Source of the DNA: an uncultured Alphaproteobacteria bacterium
GTDB lineage: Bacteria; Pseudomonadota; Alphaproteobacteria; Geminicoccales; Geminicoccaceae
Assembly (NCBI GenBank): GCA_963753275.1
Contig: CAVWCE010000026.1
Coordinates: forward strand, 971-64,970
Length of the DNA stretch: 64,000 nucleotides
Direction: 5' to 3'
Shown here: in pieces, positions 62,575 through 64,000 of the stretch
Layout: every line of letters starts with the position of its first letter
Position numbering within the stretch: position 1 is the stretch's first letter
Made by a program: the position numbers and the translations under genes
Notes under the pieces: model-generated
What the model was told of the DNA's origin: nothing
Databases searched by the model: none
What the model saw: only the letters and a program-made list of their open reading frames with translations

Positions 62575-63246
62575 ATGCGGGTGCTGGTGGTCGAGGACGA
62601 CGCGGATCTCGCCAGACAGCTCAAGGACTGCCTGGCCGACGCGGGCTATTCGGTCGATCTCGCGCGCGACGGCGAGGAGGGCCACTACCTCGGCGCCAAC
62701 GAGCCCTACGACGCCGTGGTGCTCGACCTCGGCCTGCCGGTCGTGGACGGCATCCGCGTGCTCGAGCGCTGGCGTCAGGAGGGCCGCAGCATGCCGGTCC
62801 TGATCCTCACCGCCCGCGACCGCTGGAGCGAGAAGGTCCAGGGCTTCGATGCCGGGGCCGACGACTACGTCGCCAAGCCGTTCCACATGGAGGAGGTGCT
62901 GGCGCGCCTGCGCGCGCTGGTCCGGCGCGCCGCCGGCCATGCCTCGGCCGAGCTCGCCTGCGGCCCGCTCCTGCTCGACACCCGCTCGGCCCGGGTCAGC
63001 GTCGACGGCCAGCCGGTCCGGCTGACCGCCCAGGAATACCGCCTGCTCGCCTATCTCCTGCACCACCAGGGCCGCGTGGTGTCGCGCACCGAGCTCACCG
63101 AGCACCTCTACGACCAGGACTTCGATCGCGACTCCAACATCATCGAGGTGTTCATCGGCCGGCTGCGCAAGAAGCTCGGCGTCGACCTGATCGAGACCGC
63201 GCGCGGCCTGGGCTACCGGCTGCGCCCGCCGGCCGACCGCGACTGA
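62575..63246 (+). CDS. OmpR-family response regulator
   Basis: MRVLVVEDDADLARQL..VVLDLGLPVVDG..DDYVAKPF..winged-helix TAQEYRLLAYL..GLGYRL. Confidence 0.9.
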   Translation: MRVLVVEDDADLARQLKDCLADAGYSVDLARDGEEGHYLGANEPYDAVVLDLGLPVVDGIRVLERWRQEGRSMPVLILTARDRWSEKVQGFDAGADDYVAKPFHMEEVLARLRALVRRAAGHASAELACGPLLLDTRSARVSVDGQPVRLTAQEYRLLAYLLHHQGRVVSRTELTEHLYDQDFDRDSNIIEVFIGRLRKKLGVDLIETARGLGYRLRPPADRD

Positions 63247-63263
63247 GCGCGGCGGCGCTCGCC

Positions 63264-64000
63264 ATGCGGCGCAACTCGCTCGCCTTCCGCCTGGTCGCGA
63301 GCGCGGCGCTGTGGTGCGCGCTCGTGCTGAGCGGCGGCGGCTACCTGCTCTCGACCCTGTTCGGCGACACCGTCGAGCGCAACTTCGACGCCCGGCTCGC
63401 GGTGCTGCTCGAGGGGCTGGTCGCCGGCAGCGAGATCGGCCCCGAGGGCCCTTTGGAGCTGCGCCTGCAGCTCGGCGAGCCGCGCTTCACCCAGCCGCTC
63501 TCGGGCTGGTACTGGCAGGTCAACCAGGGCGAGCGGACGCTCGATCGCTCGACCTCGCTCTGGGATCAGCATCTGCCGGTCGCCGCCGCGGGCGCCGGCC
63601 TCACCCCCGAGGATGAGGGCATCACCAGCGAGATCCCCGGCCCGCTCGGCCAGACGCTGCGGCTCCTGGTGCGCGCGATCAGCCTGCCGGACGCCCCCGA
63701 GCCGCTGCTCTACGCGGTCGCCGGCGACCGGGCGGAGGTCTCGGCCGAGAAGCGGCGCTTCGACCGCCTGCTGTCGCTGGCGCTCGGTGTCCTGTTCCTG
63801 GGGCTGCTCGGCGCGCTGCTGCTCCAGGTGCGGATCGCGCTCTTGCCGCTGCGCCGGATCGAGGGCGCGCTCGCCGCGATCCGCGCCGGCACCGCGCGCC
63901 GGCTCGAGGGCCGCTTCCCCGCCGAGCTCCAGCCGCTCGCGCTCGAGCTCAACGCGCTGCTCGACCATAGCGAGGCGCTGATCGAGCGCGCCCGGACCCA
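63264..64000 (+). CDS. Sensor histidine kinase, N-terminal part (continues beyond the window)
   Basis: Open frame from the ATG at 63264 to the window end. It is absent from the ORF track because it has no stop. Transmembrane helix, periplasmic region with SGWYWQV, second transmembrane helix, HAMP-like LPLRRIEGALAAIRAG. Confidence 0.8.
   Translation, partial: MRRNSLAFRLVASAALWCALVLSGGGYLLSTLFGDTVERNFDARLAVLLEGLVAGSEIGPEGPLELRLQLGEPRFTQPLSGWYWQVNQGERTLDRSTSLWDQHLPVAAAGAGLTPEDEGITSEIPGPLGQTLRLLVRAISLPDAPEPLLYAVAGDRAEVSAEKRRFDRLLSLALGVLFLGLLGALLLQVRIALLPLRRIEGALAAIRAGTARRLEGRFPAELQPLALELNALLDHSEALIERART

Overview
High-GC chromosomal segment (about 65-70% G+C by eye). It looks alphaproteobacterial: a host-attachment protein, a TIGR02186-like membrane protein next to TauE, many TRAP transporters, a GGAAC..CGTT-type promoter candidate and G/C-rich REP-like palindromes. 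All product calls come from my memory of family motifs in the supplied translations; no searches were run.

I can support about 65 protein-coding loci:
- three TRAP transporter clusters
- a 2-aminoethylphosphonate-type ABC importer
- a cytoplasm-facing Mo-oxidoreductase trio (SoeABC-like), divergent from a TauE/SafE exporter operon
- a PQQ alcohol dehydrogenase with a lanthanide-type DYD motif, plus a c-type cytochrome
- a stress cluster: UspA, MlaC-like, host-attachment protein and two tandem HPF-cold-shock fusion genes
- two VapBC modules, a CDF metal exporter, an S8 protease, ilvD, cobA, an Lhr-like helicase, a DUF1800/DUF1501 pair and an OmpR/histidine-kinase pair

Mobile DNA consists of one intact IS110-family element and a 5'-truncated IS256-family transposase fragment. 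I recognised no rRNA, tRNA or CRISPR.

Two things dominate the window.
1. Roughly 25 loci cannot be read in one frame. Every junction I could resolve by hand is explained by one extra base (net +1), and the breaks are clustered. I list these loci as pseudogenes 'as sequenced', but an insertion-biased sequence artefact is at least as likely as real decay.
2. The best candidate for something new is a low-GC cassette of about 1.55 kb (36.8-38.4 kb). It sits at the 5' end of a glutamine-synthetase-like gene and is bracketed by ~113-bp imperfect direct repeats whose internal differences are all synonymous. It carries an unrecognisable small protein translationally coupled to an XRE-type regulator, plus a possible membrane ORF, and has no integrase.

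Other points worth a second look: the tandem HPF-CSD fusions, the SoeABC-like/TauE pairing, possible bridge-RNA-coding ends of the IS110 element, a gene-remnant zone at 13.2-14.5 kb, and an intracellular S8 protease followed by a stand-alone prodomain-like mini-ORF.
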